The notes below the pieces were generated by a model. The model worked only from the letters and a program-made list of their open reading frames with translations, was not told the origin of the DNA and made no database searches. Positions 27,021 to 34,885 of a DNA stretch of 34,885 nucleotides are shown here, in pieces (the stretch's first letter is position 1; each line of letters opens with the position of its first letter). The DNA lies in contig JBEKTZ010000017.1 of NCBI GenBank assembly GCA_049515535.1, positions 1 through 34,885 on the forward strand, in the 5' to 3' direction. This stretch comes from Candidatus Aminicenantales bacterium. GTDB taxonomy: Bacteria > Acidobacteriota > Aminicenantia > Aminicenantales > UBA4085. A program made the position numbers and the translations under genes.

Positions 27021-27558
27021 CGGTGACCCCCGCTTTCCGTTCTTTCTTGATCAGTCGCTCGCCGGCATAGCGGATGCCTTTGAGCTTGTACGGATCGGGC
27101 TTGCGGAAACGTTTGATCTCGTCCGCCACTTTGCCGACCCGCTGCTTGTCGATGCCCCGGATGGTCAGGAGCGTCGGCTTCTCGACGACGATTTCGATGT
27201 CCTGGGGAACGTCAAAGACGATGGGCCTCGAATATCCCAGGGCGAGCTCGAGCTTGTTCTTGTCGAGCTTGGCCTTGTATCCGACACCGACGATCTCCAG
27301 TTGCTTCTGGAAGCCCTGCGAGACGCCGAGGACGGCATTGGCGGCCAGGGCCCGGCAGAGGCCGTGGAGGGCCTTGTGCTCTTTGGAGTCGTCCACTCGC
27401 GCGAACGTCAGGCTCTGGCCTTCGGTCCGGGCGGAGATCCCCTCGTAAAGAGGAGTCGTCAGCTTTCCTTTCTTGCCTTCGACCTCAATCTTGCCTGACA
27501 AAATATCGACTTTGACGCCTTGGGGCAACACAATCGGCTGTTTTCCTACTCTTGACAT
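27013..27558 (-). CDS. rplF: 50S ribosomal protein L6
   Basis: MSRVGKQPI, GVGYKA, PDPYK.KGIRY. Confidence 0.96.
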   Translation of the reverse strand: MSRVGKQPIVLPQGVKVDILSGKIEVEGKKGKLTTPLYEGISARTEGQSLTFARVDDSKEHKALHGLCRALAANAVLGVSQGFQKQLEIVGVGYKAKLDKNKLELALGYSRPIVFDVPQDIEIVVEKPTLLTIRGIDKQRVGKVADEIKRFRKPDPYKLKGIRYAGERLIKKERKAGVTGA

Positions 27559-27583
27559 GGTTCGAACCTTTCTCCGTGAAACC

Positions 27584-27982
27584 TCACCAGACGTAGCACA
27601 GGACTTCTCCGCCGACGCCGGCCTCTTCGCAGGTCCTCCCCGTGGCCATGCCTTTCGAGGTCGAAATGACGGCGATCCCCAGGCCGTCCAGGACCTTGGG
27701 AACGGAATCCTTCGTGCAGTAGATCCGGCAGCCGGGTTTGCTCACGCGGCGCAAGCCGGTGATGACGCTTTGGTTGGCCTCGGTGTACTTCAAGGTGATG
27801 TTCAAGCTCCCCTGCTTATCGTCGTCGATGACTTTGAAATTCTTGATATATCCTTCGTCTTTTAGGATCTTGGCGATCTCCACGATCAGCTTCGACGACG
27901 GCATGCTGACTTCTTTCCGCTTGATGAGAGATGCGTTGCGCATCCGGGTAAGCATATCCGCGATGGGGTCCGTTACGCTCAT
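27584..27982 (-). CDS. rpsH: 30S ribosomal protein S8
   Basis: DPIADMLTR.RNA, RVSKPG.RIY, STSKG, GGEVLCYVW. Confidence 0.97.
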   Translation of the reverse strand: MSVTDPIADMLTRMRNASLIKRKEVSMPSSKLIVEIAKILKDEGYIKNFKVIDDDKQGSLNITLKYTEANQSVITGLRRVSKPGCRIYCTKDSVPKVLDGLGIAVISTSKGMATGRTCEEAGVGGEVLCYVW

Positions 27983-28003
27983 GTTGTCATCCTTTCCCGA
28001 TCT

Positions 28004-28189
28004 TTACCATGACGCTTTGACGATGCCCGGAATCTCTCCCTTGTGGGCGAGCTCCCGGAAACACAAGCGGCACATGTCGAACTTCCGGTAGTAGCCCCGG
28101 GCCCGGCCGCAGATCCGGCAGCGGCGCCGGGTGCGAATCGCGTATTTGGGTTCTTTGAGATACTTGGCGAAAGCTGCTGTCGTCGACAT
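28004..28189 (-). CDS. rpsN: 30S ribosomal protein S14, type Z (Zn-binding)
   Basis: 61 aa; RCRICGR...CRLCFRE...G.IPG..KASW. Confidence 0.96.
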   Translation of the reverse strand: MSTTAAFAKYLKEPKYAIRTRRRCRICGRARGYYRKFDMCRLCFRELAHKGEIPGIVKASW

Positions 28190-28201
28190 GGTGTCCTTCC
28201 T

Positions 28202-28747
28202 TTATTGCGCGTCGCGGAAAGGCATGCCCAATCCCTTCAACAGGGCATACGCTTCCTTGTCGTTGCGCGCCGAGGTGACGATGGTGATGTTCATGCCTCG
28301 GGATTTATCCACTTTGGTATAATCGATCTCCGGAAACATGAGCTGATCCCGGAGGCCCAGCGTATAGTTGCCCCGGCCGTCGAAGGCTTTGGGCGATACG
28401 CCGCGGAAGTCCCGGACGCGGGGGAGAACGATGTTGACCAGGCGGTCGTAGAACTCGTACATCATCCGGCTGCGGAGCGTCACGAAGCAGGCGATCGCCA
28501 CGCCTTTTCGCAGCTTGAAAGCCGAAATGGATTTCTTGGCCCGGCTGATGACGGGCGCCTGGCCCGTGATCAGGCTCAGCTCGGCCTTCGCCGTGTCCAA
28601 GACCTTCGCGTTCTGGATGGCCTCGCCCACACCGATATTGATGACGATCTTCTCCAGGCGGGGCACGGCCATCTTGTTATTGATGCCGAATTCCTTCTGG
28701 AGGGCCGGCAGGACATCGTTCTTGAATTTATCGTATATGCGGCTCAT
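28202..28747 (-). CDS. rplE: 50S ribosomal protein L5
   Basis: [32 protein letters not shown]. Confidence 0.97.
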   Translation of the reverse strand: MSRIYDKFKNDVLPALQKEFGINNKMAVPRLEKIVINIGVGEAIQNAKVLDTAKAELSLITGQAPVISRAKKSISAFKLRKGVAIACFVTLRSRMMYEFYDRLVNIVLPRVRDFRGVSPKAFDGRGNYTLGLRDQLMFPEIDYTKVDKSRGMNITIVTSARNDKEAYALLKGLGMPFRDAQ

Positions 28748-28757
28748 GGATCATTCC

Positions 28758-29090
28758 TCACTTCTGCGTCTCGAGGCTGGCCTCGCACTTCGGGCAGATT
28801 CGCATCCGGCTTCCGTCATCGAGACGCCTCATCCTGATCCGAACGCCCCGGCCGCAGTCTTCGCAGAAGACCATCAGCCGGGAGAGCGGGATGGGGGCTT
28901 CCTTTTCCATGATCCCTCCCTGTTTGTTCTTGCTCCGGTCCGGCCGGATGAATTCCTTGACGAAATTCATCCGCTCGACGACGGCCCGGCGCTTCTCGGG
29001 GTAGACCACCAAGACTTTCCCCGTCTTGCCCTTGTCCTTGCCCTGCCGGATGACAACGATATCGTTCTTCCGGATCGAAAGGGCGCTCAT
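28758..29090 (-). CDS. rplX: 50S ribosomal protein L24
   Basis: Start ATG 29090; IRKND.V....GKDKGK.GKV, GGI..KEAPI. Confidence 0.95.
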   Translation of the reverse strand: MSALSIRKNDIVVIRQGKDKGKTGKVLVVYPEKRRAVVERMNFVKEFIRPDRSKNKQGGIMEKEAPIPLSRLMVFCEDCGRGVRIRMRRLDDGSRMRICPKCEASLETQK

Positions 29091-29458
29091 CACAGCACCT
29101 CCGGCGCGAGCGAGACGATCTTCATGAATTTCTTTTCCCGCAGCTCGCGGCCGACGGGCCCGAAGACGCGGGTCCCTACGGGTTCGCCCGCCTTGTCGAT
29201 GATGACCGCCGCGTTGTCGTCGAAGCGGATATAGGAGCCGTCCTTCCGGCGGACTTCCTTGTGCGCCCGGACGACGACGGCCCGCACAACTTTCCCTTTG
29301 GGGATCTTGCTTTCCGGTTCCGCCTCGCGGACCGTGGCCGAGATGATGTCGCCGATGGAGCAAACAAGACCCACGCCCCCCCCGAGGGGCGTGATAGCGC
29401 GAATCTTACGGGCTCCGGAATTGTCCGCGACCCTGAGATAAGTGTATGATTGTATCAT
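29090..29458 (-). CDS. rplN: 50S ribosomal protein L14
   Basis: Start ATG 29458; MIQ....[34 protein letters not shown]. Confidence 0.96.
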   Translation of the reverse strand: MIQSYTYLRVADNSGARKIRAITPLGGGVGLVCSIGDIISATVREAEPESKIPKGKVVRAVVVRAHKEVRRKDGSYIRFDDNAAVIIDKAGEPVGTRVFGPVGRELREKKFMKIVSLAPEVL

Positions 29459-29757
29459 GGCTTCGCTTCCCCGATCTCGCTCTCGATATCCTGCGCCGCG
29501 GCGAGGCCGATGATCTCGACGATCCGCCAGCGCTTGCGCTTGCTGATGGGCCGGGTCTCGATGATCCGCACGACATCGCCGACCTTGCATTTTTCGTATT
29601 CGTCGTGAGCAAGAAATGTCCTTTGCTTTTTGATGGTCTTTTTATATAAAGGATGACGGACCTGCCGTTCCACCCGGACGGTGACCGTCTTCTTCATCTT
29701 CTTGCCGACGACCATCCCGATCTTTGCCGTTTTGCGTTGGATCGTTGTCTTCTCCAT
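29455..29757 (-). CDS. rpsQ: 30S ribosomal protein S17
   Basis: KM.KTV.V, HPLYKK, AHDE, ETRPISK.K.W. Confidence 0.96.
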   Translation of the reverse strand: MEKTTIQRKTAKIGMVVGKKMKKTVTVRVERQVRHPLYKKTIKKQRTFLAHDEYEKCKVGDVVRIIETRPISKRKRWRIVEIIGLAAAQDIESEIGEAKP

Positions 29758-29772
29758 GTGCGCTTCCGTCCT

Positions 29773-29973
29773 TTAGGCCTTGGCCTTCGCCCGCATTTCC
29801 ACGAGGATCGTCTCGATCCTGGCGATGTCTCTGCGGATGGATTGGAGCTTGGCCGCGTTTTCGAGCTGCCCCAGTTCATGCTGGAAGCGAAGCTTGAAGA
29901 GCTGGTCCTTGAGCTCCACTTTTTTCTGGATCAATTCATCCGCTTCCATTTCTCTTATTTCTTTGGCTTTCAT
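29773..29973 (-). CDS. rpmC: 50S ribosomal protein L29
   Basis: MKAKEIR, LFKLRFQ...GQLEN, RRDIARI.T. Confidence 0.95.
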   Translation of the reverse strand: MKAKEIREMEADELIQKKVELKDQLFKLRFQHELGQLENAAKLQSIRRDIARIETILVEMRAKAKA

Positions 29974-30392
29974 CGGAGTTCCCTATATTCTCTGGAGATA
30001 AACCGGGTCTTCATGGGGAGCTTGTGCGACGCGAGCCGCATGGCCTCCTTGGCCACGTCCTCAGTGACGCCTTCCAGCTCATAGAGGATCCGCCCCGGCC
30101 GAATGACATCGACCCAGAATTCCGGGTCGCCCTTGCCCTTTCCCATGCGGACCTCGGTCGGCTTCTTGGTCACGGGTTTCCAGGGAAACGAGCGCAGCCA
30201 GAGCTTTCCCCTCCGCTTGATGAAACGGGTGATCGTGATGCGGCCGGCCTCGAGCTGCCGCGCCGTCAGCCAGCAGGGCTCCAGGGCCTGGAGTCCGAAT
30301 TCGCCGAACGACAGGGTGTTCCCTCTTTGGGCCTTTCCCCGCATACGGCCGCGATGGCACTTGCGGAATTTGACTTTCTTGGGCATCAACAT
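29970..30392 (-). CDS. rplP: 50S ribosomal protein L16
   Basis: [23 protein letters not shown]. Confidence 0.97.
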   Translation of the reverse strand: MLMPKKVKFRKCHRGRMRGKAQRGNTLSFGEFGLQALEPCWLTARQLEAGRITITRFIKRRGKLWLRSFPWKPVTKKPTEVRMGKGKGDPEFWVDVIRPGRILYELEGVTEDVAKEAMRLASHKLPMKTRFISREYRELR

Positions 30393-30394
30393 GA

Positions 30395-31063
30395 CTAAAT
30401 CTCCTCCACCTCCGCCGTCTGCGACGTCATCTTGGACTTTTCCACGTCACCGCGGTAGATCCAGACCTTGATGCCGATCTGTCCGTAGGTCGTGAAAGCC
30501 TCGGTGAAACCGTAATCAATGTCCGCCCGGAGCGTTTGGAGCGGGAGCTGCCCCCGCAGATACCATTCGGAGCGCGCGATTTCCACCCCGCCGAGGCGGC
30601 CCGAGCACATGACCTTGATGCCTTTGGCGCCCATCTTGAGCGCCAGATCCAGGGCCTTTCTCATGGCCCTCCGATAGGCGATGCGCTTCTCGAGTTGGAT
30701 GCCGATGCCTTCGCCGACGAGCAGGGCGTTGAGCTCGGGCTTATCCACTTCGCGGATATCCACATAAACCTCGCGCTTGGCGATCTTTTGCAGGAAGGCC
30801 TTCAGGTTCTCGATTTCCTTGCCGCCGCGGCCGATGATGATGCCCGGACGGGCGGTCTGGATGATGGCCCGGATCTTCGGGCCGACCCTCTCGATGGCCA
30901 CTTCGGCGATGCCGGCATGATAATATTTTTCCTTGATCGCCTTCTTCATCTCCAGGTCTTCGTGGATCAGGCGGGCGTACTCCGGACCTTTGGCGAACCA
31001 GCGAGAACTCCACTGCTTGTTGAATCCTAGTCTAAAACCGTGCGGATGTATCTTCTGTCCCAC
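30395..31063 (-). CDS. rpsC: 30S ribosomal protein S3
   Basis: [43 protein letters not shown]. Confidence 0.97.
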   Translation of the reverse strand: MGQKIHPHGFRLGFNKQWSSRWFAKGPEYARLIHEDLEMKKAIKEKYYHAGIAEVAIERVGPKIRAIIQTARPGIIIGRGGKEIENLKAFLQKIAKREVYVDIREVDKPELNALLVGEGIGIQLEKRIAYRRAMRKALDLALKMGAKGIKVMCSGRLGGVEIARSEWYLRGQLPLQTLRADIDYGFTEAFTTYGQIGIKVWIYRGDVEKSKMTSQTAEVEEI

Positions 31064-31065
31064 CG

Positions 31066-31428
31066 TTATCTCCCTTTTTTCTCGTCGAGATAAATATGGA
31101 CGTGGCTCGTCCGTTTCAAGATCCTGAAGGCCCGTCCCATCGGCGCCGGACGGATACGCTTCCAGGCCGGCCCCTGGTCGATGTGGATCTTGGCGATGAA
31201 AAGATTATCGACATCGACGCTTGGGAGCTTCTGCTGGGCGTTGGCAACCGCGGAACGGAGCGTTTTTTCGATGATCCGGCTCGTCTTTTTCTTATCCGAA
31301 AAATGGAGGATCGTCAGCGCCTCTCCCACGAATCTCTCCCTGACGAGGTCCGCGACCAACCGGCATTTCTGGGCGGAGGCCCGGACGTGCCTCGTGGCGG
31401 CGTGCGAAACGTAATTCTGCGCGTCCAT
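31066..31428 (-). CDS. rplV: 50S ribosomal protein L22
   Basis: Start ATG 31428; [26 protein letters not shown]. Confidence 0.95.
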   Translation of the reverse strand: MDAQNYVSHAATRHVRASAQKCRLVADLVRERFVGEALTILHFSDKKKTSRIIEKTLRSAVANAQQKLPSVDVDNLFIAKIHIDQGPAWKRIRPAPMGRAFRILKRTSHVHIYLDEKKGR

Positions 31429-31429
31429 G

Positions 31430-31720
31430 TTATTTCGCCACCTTGACCGCTTTGGCCGCTCTGGACGTGTGGCCCTTGAACGTCCGGGTCGGAGAGAACT
31501 CACCCAGACGATGGCCGACCATGTTCTCCGTGATGAAGACCGGGATGAATTTCCGGCCGTTGTGCACGGCGATCGTCAGGCCGACCATCTCCGGAAGAAT
31601 CGTCGAACGCCGGGACCACGTCTTGATGACTTTCCGCTTCTCGCCCTGCTTTTCCAGGGCCTTGATTTTATCCACCAAATGGGAATCTATGAATGGACCT
31701 TTGCTTAAAGACCTGCCCAT
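31430..31720 (-). CDS. rpsS: 30S ribosomal protein S19
   Basis: [26 protein letters not shown]. Confidence 0.97.
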   Translation of the reverse strand: MGRSLSKGPFIDSHLVDKIKALEKQGEKRKVIKTWSRRSTILPEMVGLTIAVHNGRKFIPVFITENMVGHRLGEFSPTRTFKGHTSRAAKAVKVAK

Positions 31721-31722
31721 CT

Positions 31723-32550
31723 TCACTTACTCCTTCTTCTGATGATGAAGACCCGGGTCCGCTTGTTCGTCCGGGTTTTGTATCCCTTCGTCGGGATACC
31801 CTCCGGGCTCACCGGATGACGGCCGCCCTTGGACCGGCCTTCGCCGCCGCCGTGCGGATGATCGATCGGGTTCATGGCCGTGCCTCGGACATGGGGTCGC
31901 CAGCCCAGCCAGCGCGTCCGCCCGGCTTTCCCGATCGTGATATTCTGATGATCAAGGTTGCCCACCTGACCGATCGTCGCCCGGCAGTCCATATGGATTT
32001 TCCGGATCTCGGACGACGGAAGGCGGACCTGCGCATAGGCGCTTTCCTTCGCCAGGATCTGGGCGCCGGCTCCGGCCGTCCGGACGATCTGGCCGCCCTT
32101 GTTCTTCTGGAGCTCGATGTTGTGAATCACCGTGCCCAAAGGAATGTTGCGGAGGAGCGTGGCATTGCCCGGGACGATGTCGACGATCTTGTCCGAAGAG
32201 ATGATGGCTTGTCCGGCCTTCATATCCTGGGGGGTGAGGATGTAGCGCCGCTCGCCGTCCCGGTACTTGATCAAAGAGATGAAGGCGGAGCGGTTCGGGT
32301 CATACTCGACGCTCTCGACGATGCCCGGAATTTCGAGCTTGTCCCGCCGGAAATCGATGCTCCGGTACATTTTTTTGTGTCCGCCTCCCAGGTGTCGCGT
32401 GGACAGATGTCCCTTGTTATTTCGTCCGCCGGATTTGGCGAGAAACGACAGAAGGGGCTTATGGGGCTTGTCCCCGGTCAACTCCGTGTAGGTCAAACCC
32501 GTCCGGTGCCGCAAGCCCGCCGTGCGTGGTCTGTAGGTTTTTATGCCCAT
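31723..32550 (-). CDS. rplB: 50S ribosomal protein L2
   Basis: [29 protein letters not shown]. Confidence 0.97.
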   Translation of the reverse strand: MGIKTYRPRTAGLRHRTGLTYTELTGDKPHKPLLSFLAKSGGRNNKGHLSTRHLGGGHKKMYRSIDFRRDKLEIPGIVESVEYDPNRSAFISLIKYRDGERRYILTPQDMKAGQAIISSDKIVDIVPGNATLLRNIPLGTVIHNIELQKNKGGQIVRTAGAGAQILAKESAYAQVRLPSSEIRKIHMDCRATIGQVGNLDHQNITIGKAGRTRWLGWRPHVRGTAMNPIDHPHGGGEGRSKGGRHPVSPEGIPTKGYKTRTNKRTRVFIIRRRSK

Positions 32551-32551
32551 G

Positions 32552-32848
32552 TTAAACCGCCTCGAAATATTCGATCATTTTCTCGCCTTCTTTGAGCCGG
32601 ACGAGGGCTTTCTTCCATGTTTTCGTCATGCCCGCACTGCGGCCGACGCGCCGTTCTTTCCCCGTCTTGATCTGGGTCCGGACGGCTTCGACCTTGACCT
32701 TGAAGAGATGCTCGACGGCCTTCTTGATCTCGGTCTTGTTGGCGTGGAGGGCCACTTCAAAGCAGACTTCCCTGTTTTTATCTTTGAGCACCGTGCTTTT
32801 CTCGGTGATCACAGGCCTGAGGATGATCGCGTAGGGATCCTTGTTCAC
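32552..32848 (-). CDS. rplW: 50S ribosomal protein L23
   Basis: GTG 32848; PVITEKS, ANK.EIKKAVE.LF.VKV, WKKA.V.L. Confidence 0.95.
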   Translation of the reverse strand: MNKDPYAIILRPVITEKSTVLKDKNREVCFEVALHANKTEIKKAVEHLFKVKVEAVRTQIKTGKERRVGRSAGMTKTWKKALVRLKEGEKMIEYFEAV

Positions 32849-33465
32849 TTCAATTTCTCCATCAAAGACGTAAAGGCCTTCCGGCTGAGGACAAGCCATT
32901 TATAGTTCAGGACATCGTGCGTATTGACGAGATTCCAGTCGACGGCCTTGACCCGGGGCACGTTCCGGAGAGACAAGAACAGACCGGCGTTATCCCGGAC
33001 ATCGACGACCAGCGCGGAATCCACGTTCAGGATCTTCAAGAGGCCGACCGCCTCTTTGGTCTTGGCCGCCTGCAGCTTGAGATCGTCCAGAATGATCAGC
33101 TGCCGATCCGCGTGTTTGGCCGCGAGGGCCGATCTCAGAGCGTTTTTTTTGACCTCTTTGGGCAGTTCATACGAATAGTCCTTCGGCCGAGGCCCGAAGG
33201 TCGTCCCGCCGTGCCGCCACAGCGGAGACCGGGTGGCGCCGGCGCGGGCCCGGCCCGTTCCCTTCTGCCGCCAGGGTTTGCGGTTGCTGCCGCTCACCTC
33301 GGCCCGGGTCTTGGTCGTGGCCGTTCCGCGCCGCTGATTGGCGTGGAAATTGATGGCCGCCTCGTAAAGGAGATGCGATTTGACCGGGGAGGCGAAGACC
33401 TCGTCCGGGAGCTCGATCTCCTCTTTGACTTTCCCGCTGATATCCAAAACTCGCACTTTTTTCAT
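32845..33465 (-). CDS. rplD: 50S ribosomal protein L4
   Basis: TKTRAEVSG..RKPWRQKGTGRARAG, GG..FGP.P. Confidence 0.97.
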   Translation of the reverse strand: MKKVRVLDISGKVKEEIELPDEVFASPVKSHLLYEAAINFHANQRRGTATTKTRAEVSGSNRKPWRQKGTGRARAGATRSPLWRHGGTTFGPRPKDYSYELPKEVKKNALRSALAAKHADRQLIILDDLKLQAAKTKEAVGLLKILNVDSALVVDVRDNAGLFLSLRNVPRVKAVDWNLVNTHDVLNYKWLVLSRKAFTSLMEKLK

Positions 33466-33477
33466 GGTCAACTCTTC

Positions 33478-34101
33478 TTACGCTCTATGGATCAGGACGT
33501 AGCTGCCCCTGGGGCCGGGAACGGCTCCGACCACGACCAGGAGGTTTTGGTCCTTGTCCGCGCGGAACACGACGAGGTTCCTCACGGTTACTCGGTCGCT
33601 CCCCATGCGCCCGCCCATCCGCAGCCCGCGGACGACGCGCGATGGGTAGGACGAGGCTCCGATCGAGCCCGGCGCCCGATGGAACATCGACCCGTGCGAC
33701 TCTGCTCCGCCCCGGAAGTGGTGGCGTTTCACGACGCCGGCAAAGCCCTTGCCTTTGCTCGTCCCCGTGATATGGACCTTTTCGCCTTCCTTGAAGATAT
33801 CGACGAAAAATTGGTCGCCTTCTTTGATTTCGTCCGGGCCCTCGTAACCGAATTCCCGCAACAGCTTCGTCGGCGGGGCGCCGGATTTCTTGAAATGGCC
33901 GAGCGCGGCCTTTTTCATCCGCTTCACGCCCTTGTCTTCGACGAAGCCGATCTGCAAGGCGGCGTAGCCGTCTTTATCCTTGGATTTTTTCTGGATGACG
34001 GTGCAGGGCCCGGCCTTGATGACCGTCAGGGGGACGGCGTTCCCCTCTTTGTCGAAGCCCTGCGTCATGCCGATCTTTTTGCCGATGAGACCCTCGAGCA
34101 T
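33478..34101 (-). CDS. rplC: 50S ribosomal protein L3
   Basis: GKKIGMTQ, SKGKGFAG..KR, HGS..HR.PGSIG, GAVPG. Confidence 0.97.
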   Translation of the reverse strand: MLEGLIGKKIGMTQGFDKEGNAVPLTVIKAGPCTVIQKKSKDKDGYAALQIGFVEDKGVKRMKKAALGHFKKSGAPPTKLLREFGYEGPDEIKEGDQFFVDIFKEGEKVHITGTSKGKGFAGVVKRHHFRGGAESHGSMFHRAPGSIGASSYPSRVVRGLRMGGRMGSDRVTVRNLVVFRADKDQNLLVVVGAVPGPRGSYVLIHRA

Positions 34102-34104
34102 GGT

Positions 34105-34422
34105 TTACTCTCCCGCGCCGAAAGCTTGAATCTCGACGTCGATGCCGGCGGGCAAATCGAGTTTCTGGAGTTCTTCGATCGTCTCGTTGTTGTACTCGCT
34201 GATATCGATCACTCTTTTGTGGACGCGCATCTCGAAATGTTCCCGGGATTTCTTGTCCACATGGGGAGAACGAAGGACGCAGAAACGATGGATCCGCGTC
34301 GGCAAGGGGATCGGGCCGGCAATGCTGGCGCCCGTCCTCTTAGCCTTCACGACGATGTCTTTGACGGACTGGTCGAGGAGGCGGTTGTCGAATGATTTCA
34401 ATCGGATTCTAATTTTTTCCAT
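34105..34422 (-). CDS. rpsJ: 30S ribosomal protein S10
   Basis: [33 protein letters not shown]. Confidence 0.97.
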   Translation of the reverse strand: MEKIRIRLKSFDNRLLDQSVKDIVVKAKRTGASIAGPIPLPTRIHRFCVLRSPHVDKKSREHFEMRVHKRVIDISEYNNETIEELQKLDLPAGIDVEIQAFGAGE

Positions 34423-34518
34423 GATGTCCCTCGGTTCTCTTGAGAATATTCCTCTCTATCCCGTTCCAGCTGAGGACGGGGGCCGGCTCCAGATATTCGG
34501 CGCCCGTTCTCATGGGAT

Positions 34519-34885
34519 CTACTCGATGATGTCCGTGACGGTGCCGGCGCCGACCGTTCGTCCGCCCTCCCGGATCGCGAACCGCAGCCCCTTCTCCATC
34601 GCCACGTCCGTGATCAGCGAGATCTCCAGGTTCACGTTGTCCCCGGGCATCACCATCTCCACTCCCTCCGGCAGCTTCGCATCCCCCGTCACATCCGTCG
34701 TCCGAAAATAAAACTGCGGCCGGTATCCCGTGAAAAACGGCGTATGCCGTCCCCCTTCTTCCTTCGTCAACACGTAGATCGCTCCCCTGAACTTCCGGTG
34801 CGGCGTGATCGACCCCGGCTTCGCCAACACCTGCCCCCTCTCCACTTCCGTCTTCCCGATCCCCCGCAGCAGACACCCGATGTTG
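34519..34885 (-). CDS. tuf: Elongation factor Tu (3' part; runs off the window end)
   Basis: NIGCLLRG...[52 protein letters not shown]. Confidence 0.97.
   Translation of the reverse strand, partial: NIGCLLRGIGKTEVERGQVLAKPGSITPHRKFRGAIYVLTKEEGGRHTPFFTGYRPQFYFRTTDVTGDAKLPEGVEMVMPGDNVNLEISLITDVAMEKGLRFAIREGGRTVGAGTVTDIIE

Noticed and set aside
32917..34395. 492-aa plus-strand ORF and other long ORFs opposite ribosomal protein genes
   Set aside because: Antisense shadows of well-supported r-protein genes.
34409..34876. 155-aa alternative-frame ORF overlapping tuf
   Set aside because: By-product of the G-ending codon bias in tuf (G/A/D/E-rich); no independent coding signal.

Overview
GC-rich bacterial core-genome window with no recognisable transposase, integrase, phage gene, CRISPR array, tRNA or rRNA. 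The left ~19 kb holds housekeeping, catabolic and envelope genes: a partial ABC-2 permease, an exported tricorn-family S41 protease, an mtnP-pfkB-tnaA operon, a translationally coupled larC-folE-metG operon, tsaC, a sigma54-preceded outer-membrane beta-barrel, a LEA_2/GT2 pair, cca-galE, an MltD-like lytic transglycosylase and a small lipoprotein. The right ~15.5 kb is the complete S10-spc-alpha ribosomal protein cluster on the minus strand (tuf 3' end through rplQ, including rpmJ, which the ORF track missed). The envelope is diderm, and SecY and L14 features suggest Acidobacteriota/Ca. Aminicenantes (inference only). I found no clear-cut novel multi-gene system. The best leads are a 147-nt strand-asymmetric fold-back element with GNA mini-hairpins after rplQ, an abrupt codon-usage switch within tuf, a strong internal RBS+ATG at the start of the MetRS C-terminal tRNA-binding domain, an orphan His-poor LarC coupled to folE-metG, and a sigma54 promoter on an unknown beta-barrel.
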